From positions 2,364 through 49,551 of the forward strand of contig NZGX01000046.1 of the NCBI GenBank assembly GCA_002691085.1: DNA of 47,188 nucleotides. Reading direction: 5' to 3'. Under the pieces are notes generated by a model. It ran no database searches, had not been told where the DNA came from, and saw only the letters and a program-made list of their open reading frames with translations. Source of the DNA: Rhodospirillaceae bacterium (GTDB lineage Bacteria > Pseudomonadota > Alphaproteobacteria > Rhodospirillales > Rhodospirillaceae). How positions within the stretch are numbered: the first letter of the stretch is position 1; the number at the start of each line of letters is the position of its first letter. The position numbers were made by a program, and so were the translations under genes. This document shows, piece by piece, positions 38,694 to 46,697 of the stretch.

Positions 38694-39866
38694 TTATTCA
38701 TTATCAACACCATTTAGAATTAAATTTATAAAGTATGCATCATCCCATGCAAAATTTATCTCACCTGACCTATATATGCTTAATCTTTCTGAAGGAATAA
38801 AATAGAGTCTTTGCCCTCCTCTCCCTTCAATAAAAAAAACATCTTCTTTTAAATAAGGAGAGGACACTGGAATAATTCTCCCTGAAGGCTTACTAAGTAA
38901 TCTTCCTCCAGAAAACGGAGAACCTCTCCAAATATGCATCGCAAAATTTGGATTCGTATTAGAACCTCTCAACATAATATTAATCCATTTTTCTGAAATC
39001 ACCTGAACACCATCAAGCTTTCCATTGTTAGCAAGCATTGATCCTATGCGAATCCAGTCCATTGCTTTTGTCTGGATACAGCAGAAAACTCTTGCGTCTC
39101 CTCCCTTTCTATCAAGTCTTACTTGAGCAAAGCTCCCTGAAAGAGGTTTCCATAAATTTTCTCTTAAGAATTCTGAGTATCTTCTCCCAGATGATTTAGT
39201 CAGTACAGAATGTAAAGCCTGGCTATTAATATGATTAAAATCAAAAGAAGATCCTGGTTCAAATGCATATCCGATATCCTCCACAAGACTAAAAATATTT
39301 TCTCCAAAAAAAAGCCTTTGACCAAGGGAGAAGGGACTTTTGTTATATTCTATCTGCTTGAGACCTGAAGTCATGTAAAGAAGATTACCAATAGTTATTT
39401 CTTGCCTCTTATCACCTTTCCATTCAGGAATATAATCAGATACTCGAGTATCAATTGATGGAATTAAATTTTTATCTAAAGCAATTACTGTAGCAATACC
39501 CAAAATACCCTTATGCATTGACTGTGAATCGATAATAGTATTCCGGTTATATCCCTCCTTATAATATTCCAGCTCCAAAGATTCATTACGAGAGATTAAT
39601 AAGGCTAAACTATTAAATGACTTTGCATATTCTACGGCAGACTCCAAAGTATCATCACTAATTGTCCTATTATCAGATTTTGTAATTGATAAAGGTATTA
39701 ATTCCCTATTTTCAATAACTTCAATTGGAGAATACCACTGCCAAGAAGTAAGCACCTCACTATCATCTGGCTGTTTAAACCACCTTAGCCAAAAAGTATG
39801 ATCAATATAGAGATAAAAGCTAAGTGGAATAACAACAAAAAAGGGGATAAGGTATTTTTTAATCAA
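38694..39866 (-). CDS. Membrane-anchored serine hydrolase (beta-lactamase / class C esterase family)
   Basis: 390 aa with an N-terminal TM helix, an S-x-x-K motif (SMHK) and an LLYMTSGL motif. Confidence 0.7.
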   Translation of the reverse strand: MIKKYLIPFFVVIPLSFYLYIDHTFWLRWFKQPDDSEVLTSWQWYSPIEVIENRELIPLSITKSDNRTISDDTLESAVEYAKSFNSLALLISRNESLELEYYKEGYNRNTIIDSQSMHKGILGIATVIALDKNLIPSIDTRVSDYIPEWKGDKRQEITIGNLLYMTSGLKQIEYNKSPFSLGQRLFFGENIFSLVEDIGYAFEPGSSFDFNHINSQALHSVLTKSSGRRYSEFLRENLWKPLSGSFAQVRLDRKGGDARVFCCIQTKAMDWIRIGSMLANNGKLDGVQVISEKWINIMLRGSNTNPNFAMHIWRGSPFSGGRLLSKPSGRIIPVSSPYLKEDVFFIEGRGGQRLYFIPSERLSIYRSGEINFAWDDAYFINLILNGVDNE

Positions 39867-39933
39867 GTCATTGCTCCTATAATAATCTAATAATTGTGAA
39901 TAAAAATCATTAACGGTTGTAATAGTCTATCAA

Positions 39934-41055
39934 ATGGAAACACACCTCATGAAAAAAAAATCTATTATTATTATATCTGCATCAATAATTATAAATGCTA
40001 TTGTATTTTCTAACTCAAATGCTCAGTTTTTTGGTGCACCTGAAAAGCATTTTGATGAATACGAAAAACCACCCAAGCCTGATTATAGCAAAGAGTCAAG
40101 TTGGGCGGCTCTTCCAGATCGACAAGATGCTGCTGATGTGTTCCCTGAAAACTCTTTATATAAAGAAAATCAACCTTCTGCAAAAGTTGATGTATTTTAT
40201 ATTCACCCTACAACCTACCGAAATGCAAAAAATTGGAACCAAGATATTAACCTAGAAGAGGTTAATACCTGGACTGATTTAAGCCGTGTTTCTCGTCAAG
40301 GCAGTATTTTTAATGCATGCTGTAAAGTATTTGCACCAAGATACAGACAGGCCGCATTCGGAGCAACATCATCAAAGGAAAGTGGAAAGCTTGCATATGA
40401 CTTCGCCTACCAAGACGTACTAAGTGCATGGAAATATTACATTAATAACTTCAACCATAACCGTCCATTTATAATTGTTGGCCACAGTCAGGGGGCACTT
40501 CATGCCTTCAACTTAATTAAGGAAGAAATTGATAAGTCAAAATATTTTAAAAATATGGTTGCTGCATACATTATTGGTATACCTGTGTTAAAAGGACAGA
40601 TTGAGTTATCAATGAAGAATACTTCAATATGTAAAAAAATATCTGACATAAACTGTATAGTCTCTTGGAATACTTTCACCATGGGTTCTGATGCTTCAAT
40701 TTATAAGAAAATGGCAGTATCTCGTCTCGGTGAAGGACTTGAAGCAAAAGCAGACAAGGGCCTAGTATGCTGGAATCCAACGTCAAATTATATTGATTTA
40801 AACAAAATAAAACCAAACATATCCAATTTGGGGCCTATACCAACAGTTAAAAAAGGTGGAGAACTTCCTGATTTAGCTGAAAAAATCAAAGCTAAATGTG
40901 ATGATGGTATTTTATTTGCCTCTCCACCAAATTCTAAAGAATTTGATTTATTTACCCTTCCAGGAGGAAGTCTTCATATGCACGATATGGAGCTTTTCTA
41001 TGAAAATATAAGAATAAACTCTATTCTGAGATCAAAATACTACACTGTAAATTAA
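39934..41055 (+). CDS. Exported DUF3089-like alpha/beta hydrolase
   Basis: 373 aa with a signal peptide, VDVFYIHPTTY, and a nucleophile elbow (GHSQGA). Confidence 0.6.
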   Translation: METHLMKKKSIIIISASIIINAIVFSNSNAQFFGAPEKHFDEYEKPPKPDYSKESSWAALPDRQDAADVFPENSLYKENQPSAKVDVFYIHPTTYRNAKNWNQDINLEEVNTWTDLSRVSRQGSIFNACCKVFAPRYRQAAFGATSSKESGKLAYDFAYQDVLSAWKYYINNFNHNRPFIIVGHSQGALHAFNLIKEEIDKSKYFKNMVAAYIIGIPVLKGQIELSMKNTSICKKISDINCIVSWNTFTMGSDASIYKKMAVSRLGEGLEAKADKGLVCWNPTSNYIDLNKIKPNISNLGPIPTVKKGGELPDLAEKIKAKCDDGILFASPPNSKEFDLFTLPGGSLHMHDMELFYENIRINSILRSKYYTVN

Positions 41056-41198
41056 ATTATTTACTTACAAAGGGTTAGAGAGTGCCAAAAATAATTATTT
41101 ATTAAGAATTATATTGAGAAAGCTTCCTCTTTAGTGAATTTTAATGTAAAAAATCTATATAAATAAAGAAATAAGACAAAAAGTTTAGTTAACTTATT

Positions 41199-41246
41199 CC
41201 GTCCTCAGGGGTAGATAGAATTATCAAGGACGGTCTTGTTTTGAGG
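41199..41246 (+). promoter_or_regulatory. GC-rich hairpin plus T-tract and possible anti-SD pairing in the leader of the redox operon
   Basis: CCGTCCT (41199-41205) pairs with AGGACGG (41227-41233) across a 21-nt loop and is followed by TCTTGTTTT. CCTCA (41203-41207) is complementary to TGAGG (41242-41246), which lies within the GAGGGG RBS upstream of the ATG at 41252. Confidence 0.25.
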
Positions 41247-41251
41247 GGAAA

Positions 41252-43687
41252 ATGATGGCAGAAATTTTTAAAGTTGCCATTGTAGGATCAGGACCGGCTG
41301 GATCAAGTGCCGCAGCTAGGGCAGCCAAGCTAGGCATGAGCCATATATTGATTGAGAGACAAGATCATATATCTGATACAATTTTTAAGTATCAGAAAGG
41401 TAAATTTGTCATGGCAACTCCTGATTTTTTGCCTCTTCGCTCTGATTTAAATTTTCAAGCCGGTAAAAGAGAAGAAATATTAGACGTTTGGGATAACGGG
41501 CTAGAGGATTGTAAGGTAAACGTAAAATTTGACACCGAAGTAACAAGTATAAAAAAAGAAAAAAATTTTACTATAACCTATGCAGATGGAAAAACTTGTG
41601 AAGCGGAAAACGTAATTCTATCAATCGGCCTTCAGGGAAATATAAATAAATTACCATGTGAAGGGGCTGAACTTCCCTTAGTACAATATCAACTGGACGA
41701 CCCAGAAGAATATGAAGCTGAAACTATTGTTATTATAGGTGCAGGAGATGCAGCAATTGAGAACGCTGTTGCTTTATCAAAACAAAATACTGTTATTATA
41801 GTCAACAGAAGAGCTGAATTTGCTAGAGCAAAACAAGGCAACCTATCTTTGATAAGTGAGGCAATCGAAAAAGGTAATGTCGAAGCCTACTATGAAGCCT
41901 CCCCAGTTAAAGTTGAAAAAGATTCGATTACCTTAAAAACAGCTGATGGTGAAGCACGTGTACCATGTAATCGGATTATTGCAAGATTAGGAGCATCTGC
42001 CCCAAGACGTTTTGTTGAATCATGTGGGGTTGATTTTCCAGATAAAGAAGAATTAAAAAAAGACCCAAAAAAAAGACCTGACCCTAGAGTACTTCCTGAA
42101 GTTAGTGCTCAATACGAGTCAAATGTACCCGGTCTTTTTATTATTGGGGCCCTTGGTGGATACCCACTAATTAAACAAGCAATGAACCAGGGTTATGAGG
42201 TTGTTGAATATATTGGGGGAAACAAAATTCCTCCGGCGGATGAACCTCTTCTTGTTGAAAAATTCTCTGTCTTAAATAATCAAAATGTAGATGATGTATT
42301 AGAAACAATAAGAAAAAATATTCCTATCTTTGAAAAACTCAATACACTTCTTTTAAGAGAAGCAATACTAGAATCAAATGTTCACGCTTTTAAAAAAGAC
42401 GATACCATTTTTAAGCGTAATGATTACTCCAATACCTTTTATACAATATATGTTGGAGAGGTTGGTATTCTCGTTGATCCAAATGACCCTTCACAAGTCG
42501 TAACACTTAATCAAGGAAACTTTTTTGGCGAAATGGGACTTATCTCAGGCAGAAGACGTGCTGCAACTGTAAAAGCAATATCTGATTGCATAGTTTTTGA
42601 GACCCCAAGAAGGACAATGCTAAAGCTAATTCAATCAGTTGAAAGCGTAAAAGATAATTTAGATAAAGTCTCAATGCTTCGCCAAATTCAAACACACCTC
42701 ACCCCAGGTGTTGATGCTAGTGATTTACAAGAATTAATTGAGACAGCAGAAATAGAAAATTTTTCTGCAGGAGATGTCATTTTTAACCAAGGCGATGAAG
42801 GTGATCATATGCACCTTATCCGATCAGGATCATGTACAGTTTCTGTCAAAGTCGGAGGTAAAGACATTGTACTCAGTTATGTCCCTTCAGGTAATTATAT
42901 TGGAGAAATGGCTTTACTGTCCGACCAACCAAGATCAGCAACTGTCAAAGCTGCTCATAATACCCAAACTATAAGATTAACCGGAAAAGCCTTCAAAGAT
43001 GTTTTGAAAAAAAATAGTAGTATAAAAAATAGTGTTGAAAAGAAGTTTAAAGAAAGAATTAATCAAAATGAAAAAATGGAGGGACAACCCGAGGCAGGAA
43101 ATATTATTCAATTCCTAATAGAGCAAGGCGTTGGTGAAGGAACAGATGTTTTACTGATTGATGAAACTTTATGTATTCATTGTGATAATTGTGAAAAAGC
43201 CTGTGCAGAAACACATGGTGGTTTATCTAGATTAAATAGAGAGGCTGGTCCTTCTTATGCCTCTATACATGTACCGACTTCATGCAGACATTGCGAGCAT
43301 CCTCATTGTATGGCTGACTGTCCTCCCGATGCCATACATAGAGCACCAGATGGAGAGGTCTTCATAGATGATAGTTGTATTGGATGTGGGAATTGTGAAA
43401 GGAATTGTCCATATGGGGTAATTCAATTGGCCGCCCCCCCACCAGAAAGATTTAATTTATTCTCATGGCTGTTGTTTAATAAAGGGCCGCCCCCAGGGGA
43501 TTTAAGAAAATCAACAGATTATAAAAACAAAAAAAAGAAAGATGAAAATCAAATTAAACAAGCCGTTAAGTGTGATATGTGTAAAGATATTGAAGGAGGA
43601 GCATCCTGTGTTAGGGCTTGCCCAACTGGAGCTGCTGCCCGAGTAAGCCCTGAGGAATTCATGTCCATAACAAGCCTTACAAGCTAG
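41252..43687 (+). CDS. Fusion protein: FAD/NAD(P)H pyridine-nucleotide oxidoreductase + 2 cyclic-nucleotide-binding domains + four-cluster [4Fe-4S] ferredoxin module (DmsB/NrfC-like)
   Basis: 811 aa. Contains FAD-binding GSGPAGSSAA and NAD(P)-binding IGAGDAAIENA with VNRR, but no TrxR-type CxxC. The two cNMP phosphate-binding cassettes are FFGEMGLISGRRRAATVKA and YIGEMALLSDQPRSATVKA. The four Cys groups are CIHCDNCEKAC, CRHCEHPHCMADCP, CIGCGNCERNCP and CDMCKD-x6-CVRACP. Confidence 0.85.
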   Translation: MMAEIFKVAIVGSGPAGSSAAARAAKLGMSHILIERQDHISDTIFKYQKGKFVMATPDFLPLRSDLNFQAGKREEILDVWDNGLEDCKVNVKFDTEVTSIKKEKNFTITYADGKTCEAENVILSIGLQGNINKLPCEGAELPLVQYQLDDPEEYEAETIVIIGAGDAAIENAVALSKQNTVIIVNRRAEFARAKQGNLSLISEAIEKGNVEAYYEASPVKVEKDSITLKTADGEARVPCNRIIARLGASAPRRFVESCGVDFPDKEELKKDPKKRPDPRVLPEVSAQYESNVPGLFIIGALGGYPLIKQAMNQGYEVVEYIGGNKIPPADEPLLVEKFSVLNNQNVDDVLETIRKNIPIFEKLNTLLLREAILESNVHAFKKDDTIFKRNDYSNTFYTIYVGEVGILVDPNDPSQVVTLNQGNFFGEMGLISGRRRAATVKAISDCIVFETPRRTMLKLIQSVESVKDNLDKVSMLRQIQTHLTPGVDASDLQELIETAEIENFSAGDVIFNQGDEGDHMHLIRSGSCTVSVKVGGKDIVLSYVPSGNYIGEMALLSDQPRSATVKAAHNTQTIRLTGKAFKDVLKKNSSIKNSVEKKFKERINQNEKMEGQPEAGNIIQFLIEQGVGEGTDVLLIDETLCIHCDNCEKACAETHGGLSRLNREAGPSYASIHVPTSCRHCEHPHCMADCPPDAIHRAPDGEVFIDDSCIGCGNCERNCPYGVIQLAAPPPERFNLFSWLLFNKGPPPGDLRKSTDYKNKKKKDENQIKQAVKCDMCKDIEGGASCVRACPTGAAARVSPEEFMSITSLTS

Positions 43688-43696
43688 GAATAAACA

Positions 43697-44518
43697 GTGC
43701 ATGAATCCCTCCTAATTTATAAAAAATTTAAATACCTTAAATTGACTCTCACCACTGTCATTTTATGTATCGTTTTATATTTGTATCACTCGCCTATTGG
43801 AAGCCCTAATGGGGGAACATGGTTAGGGTATACACTTGGCACACTCGCTGCTTTGATAATGTTTTGGCTAGCATGGTTTGGTGCAAGAAAAAGATCCTAC
43901 AATAAATCAAAAGGGAATCTTGAGGAGTGGGCCTCTGCTCATGTGTATCTGGGTTTAGCTCTAGTAGTAATATCTACTTTACATAGTGGTTTTCAGTTTG
44001 GATTAAATATCCACACGATTTTATATTTCTTAATGATGATAGTAATAATTAGTGGGATTATAGGAGTTTATTTCTATCTAAAATTTCCAAGCCTTATAAC
44101 AAAAAATAGAAATGGTCTGACGACAGAAATGATGTTAACTCAAATTACTGAGATAGATGAAGATATAAGAGAGCTATCAATGTCTCTCGATGATTTTACT
44201 GTTGATTTAATGACAAAAGCAATTGAGGAAACAGTTATTGGAAAAAGTTTTATTATTAAACTTAAAGGAGTTGACCCAGATTGCCATACCTCCTTAGCAA
44301 GAAAACATCTAAGAGAGAAAAAATTTTCTGGAAACAATAAGATTAGAGAGCAGCTTTTATCCAAACTAACTAGAAAAGAGAAAATCTTAGATCAACTGAG
44401 AAATGATCTTAAAATGAGATCTCTTTTACAAATCTGGCTATACATACATGTGCCTTTCACATTTGCTGCACTGGCAGCATTGATAATACATATTTTTTCT
44501 GTTTTTTATTATTGGTAG
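43697..44518 (+). CDS. 5-TM membrane protein with two H-x13-H pairs (putative di-heme b-type transmembrane electron carrier)
   Basis: 273 aa. GTG start with AGGA 6 nt upstream. H82/H96 lie in predicted TM3 (HVYLGLALVVISTLH) and H251/H265 in TM5 (HVPFTFAALAALIIH). A hydrophilic insert of about 110 aa separates TM4 and TM5. Confidence 0.6.
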   Translation: MHESLLIYKKFKYLKLTLTTVILCIVLYLYHSPIGSPNGGTWLGYTLGTLAALIMFWLAWFGARKRSYNKSKGNLEEWASAHVYLGLALVVISTLHSGFQFGLNIHTILYFLMMIVIISGIIGVYFYLKFPSLITKNRNGLTTEMMLTQITEIDEDIRELSMSLDDFTVDLMTKAIEETVIGKSFIIKLKGVDPDCHTSLARKHLREKKFSGNNKIREQLLSKLTRKEKILDQLRNDLKMRSLLQIWLYIHVPFTFAALAALIIHIFSVFYYW

Positions 44519-44524
44519 AATAAA

Positions 44525-46285
44525 TTGAAAATACTTTTTTCACATATCACTAGAAAAAAACGCGGGGGTATTGCAACACGCAATGAGTATGCTGAAGCCG
44601 ATACAATCACGATTGGTAGAAGTACAAGTTGCGAATTAAGTCTTTTAGATCCAAGAGTTCATCTAGAACATGCAAAAGTTGTAAAAAAACTAGATACTTA
44701 TGAAGTGATTGCAGCAGAATATACGCTCATAGAGGTTAATGGGGAACTTGTTGATAAAATAACTTTAAAAACTGGAGATACTTTCCTAGTTGGTCCATAC
44801 AAAATTATTTTTGAAAGTCCTTCTAGTGACGCAGATCTTAAATTATCAATTGAACTTACTAAAAATCTAAGAAACCAGGTCAGTGATCTAATCTCTAGAT
44901 CTAATATTGACTCATCAAACTTTGGTATATCTAAAAGAACATGGTCATGGTCACTTTTCTCAATAATTACTGCACTGTTTCTTATGATTCCTCTCTTAGT
45001 AATAAATTCTTCAAAAGAGAATTTAAGTAGTCTTGACCCAGAGGATCTTAATAAAAGCTCAACAAGCCTAGTTAGCGTTTGGAGTACAGGTGAAATATCA
45101 TCTCCACATAATTTTTTTGCACATGATTGTGAAGTATGTCATGAGAAACCTTTTGTTCCAGTACAAAATAATTCTTGTGCTAAATGCCATGATGATATCC
45201 AACATCATGCAGATACAAAACTTTTCCCAAGTGCGAGTCTGAGTGACTTAAGCTGTCAATCTTGTCATAAAGAACACCAAGGTAAAATAACCGTTGTAAA
45301 GAATAACCAAGATTTTTGTGCAAGTTGCCATGACGCAATCCAAGACGAACCAAATTCTCTACTTCGTAATGTTTCAGATTTTGGGAAAAATCATCCGCAA
45401 TTTAATCCTACTGTAATAATTGATAAAGATAAAAATACAAATAGAAGCCTTTCAATTGGGGGAGATCCCAAACCCATTGAATTCTCCGGGTTGCTTTTTA
45501 ATCACGCCGTTCACCTCAGAGAAACTGGTGTAAGGCATCCTAATGATGGAATAATTGACCTAGAGTGTAAAGATTGTCATGTTTCTGATAGCGGTGGAGT
45601 TTCAATGTTACCAATTTCATTTAAAGAACATTGTAACAGTTGTCACAAACTTTATTTCGACTCATCCCTTCCTGAAAGAGAATTATACCACGGAGATACA
45701 AAAGAACTCTTTATTCAAGTTGAGAATGTTTATAACTCTATTGCATTTCAAGGGGGTTATATAGGGAAAGATGCGCCGAATGTAATCAGGCGACGCGCAG
45801 GCCAGACTCTTAGCCAAACTGAGCGTGTTGAAGCAGCAGAATGGGCAAAAAGAAAAAAAGAACAAGTTCTTGATGGTCGTTTTGGAAAGGATAGGTGTGC
45901 TGAATGTCATCTCATTAAAAACAATGAGGAAAGATGGACAATACAATCAGTAAATATCACAGATAGCTGGTTTCCTAAAGCAAATTTCACCCATGAGAGT
46001 CATGAAGATATGGAATGTATTAGTTGCCATGAAGCAAACAGGTCAGAGCAAGCCACAGATGTAATTCAACCTTCTATAGAAATTTGTCAAAGCTGTCATG
46101 GTGGTGAAAATGCTAGGTCTAAAATTCCATCAACATGTGTGACATGTCATGGTTTTCACTTTGAACATATGTCACCAATCTATCCAATTAATGAGGTCAA
46201 AGTTAAAGAAACGACAATACTCTCAAGCCTTTCAGAGAAGAATCTAGCTTTATTTAACAAAAGAGAAAATAATGAAATACCATAA
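44525..46285 (+). CDS. FHA-domain / single-TM / decaheme c-type cytochrome (cytochrome c3/c7-like)
   Basis: 586 aa with a TTG start. FHA pattern: ITIGRS...HLEHAKV...VNGELV...GDTFLVGPYKIIF. TM helix WSLFSIITALFLMIPLLVI at about aa 141-160. Ten CxxCH motifs between 45128 and 46150: CEVCH, CAKCH, CQSCH, CASCH, CKDCH, CNSCH, CAECH, CISCH, CQSCH, CVTCH. Confidence 0.85.
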   Translation: MKILFSHITRKKRGGIATRNEYAEADTITIGRSTSCELSLLDPRVHLEHAKVVKKLDTYEVIAAEYTLIEVNGELVDKITLKTGDTFLVGPYKIIFESPSSDADLKLSIELTKNLRNQVSDLISRSNIDSSNFGISKRTWSWSLFSIITALFLMIPLLVINSSKENLSSLDPEDLNKSSTSLVSVWSTGEISSPHNFFAHDCEVCHEKPFVPVQNNSCAKCHDDIQHHADTKLFPSASLSDLSCQSCHKEHQGKITVVKNNQDFCASCHDAIQDEPNSLLRNVSDFGKNHPQFNPTVIIDKDKNTNRSLSIGGDPKPIEFSGLLFNHAVHLRETGVRHPNDGIIDLECKDCHVSDSGGVSMLPISFKEHCNSCHKLYFDSSLPERELYHGDTKELFIQVENVYNSIAFQGGYIGKDAPNVIRRRAGQTLSQTERVEAAEWAKRKKEQVLDGRFGKDRCAECHLIKNNEERWTIQSVNITDSWFPKANFTHESHEDMECISCHEANRSEQATDVIQPSIEICQSCHGGENARSKIPSTCVTCHGFHFEHMSPIYPINEVKVKETTILSSLSEKNLALFNKRENNEIP

Positions 46286-46697
46286 GTTTTTTTTAATGAG
46301 TCTTATAATAATTTTAACCTTCACTAAAACTGTAATTAGTGAGACAGTAATATTAGAAAGTGAAGCAAAGTTTTTAGGAAAATTAAGCTCTAAAGACCTT
46401 GAGAGTCAATTTTCAATTAATGTAAAACTCAATGGGGATATTCCACTTGCAACATATGTATCAGCGCGTTTTCAAAATAATCAGCCAAAACAAAGATTAG
46501 CCAATAGTTTATGGATAGATTGGAATGAGAGAGTCGAAACTTTACAGAATAACGGTTTTGCGCCAACTGAAAATGACATGCTAATATTCGATATTTTTGA
46601 GGAGAAGCTTGATTATACTTTCCTACCAATAATTATAACTATCTCATACTTAGGCCATGATAGTTTAAAATCAGGATATTATATAATAGACCAATGA
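46272..46697 (+). CDS. Small exported hypothetical protein
   Basis: 141 aa with a signal peptide (FFLMSLIIILTFTKTVISE). Its start overlaps the cytochrome gene by 14 nt and its stop overlaps the next start (ATGA). Confidence 0.5.
   Translation: MKYHKFFLMSLIIILTFTKTVISETVILESEAKFLGKLSSKDLESQFSINVKLNGDIPLATYVSARFQNNQPKQRLANSLWIDWNERVETLQNNGFAPTENDMLIFDIFEEKLDYTFLPIIITISYLGHDSLKSGYYIIDQ

Noticed and set aside
43505-43545. A-rich homopolymer tract (AAAAACAAAAAAAAGAAAG) in the FeS module of the 811-aa gene, considered as a possible slippage or phase-variation site
   Set aside because: The reading frame is continuous through it. It encodes a Lys-rich linker (KNKKKKDENQ) between Cys clusters 3 and 4, and there is no evidence of a frame break.
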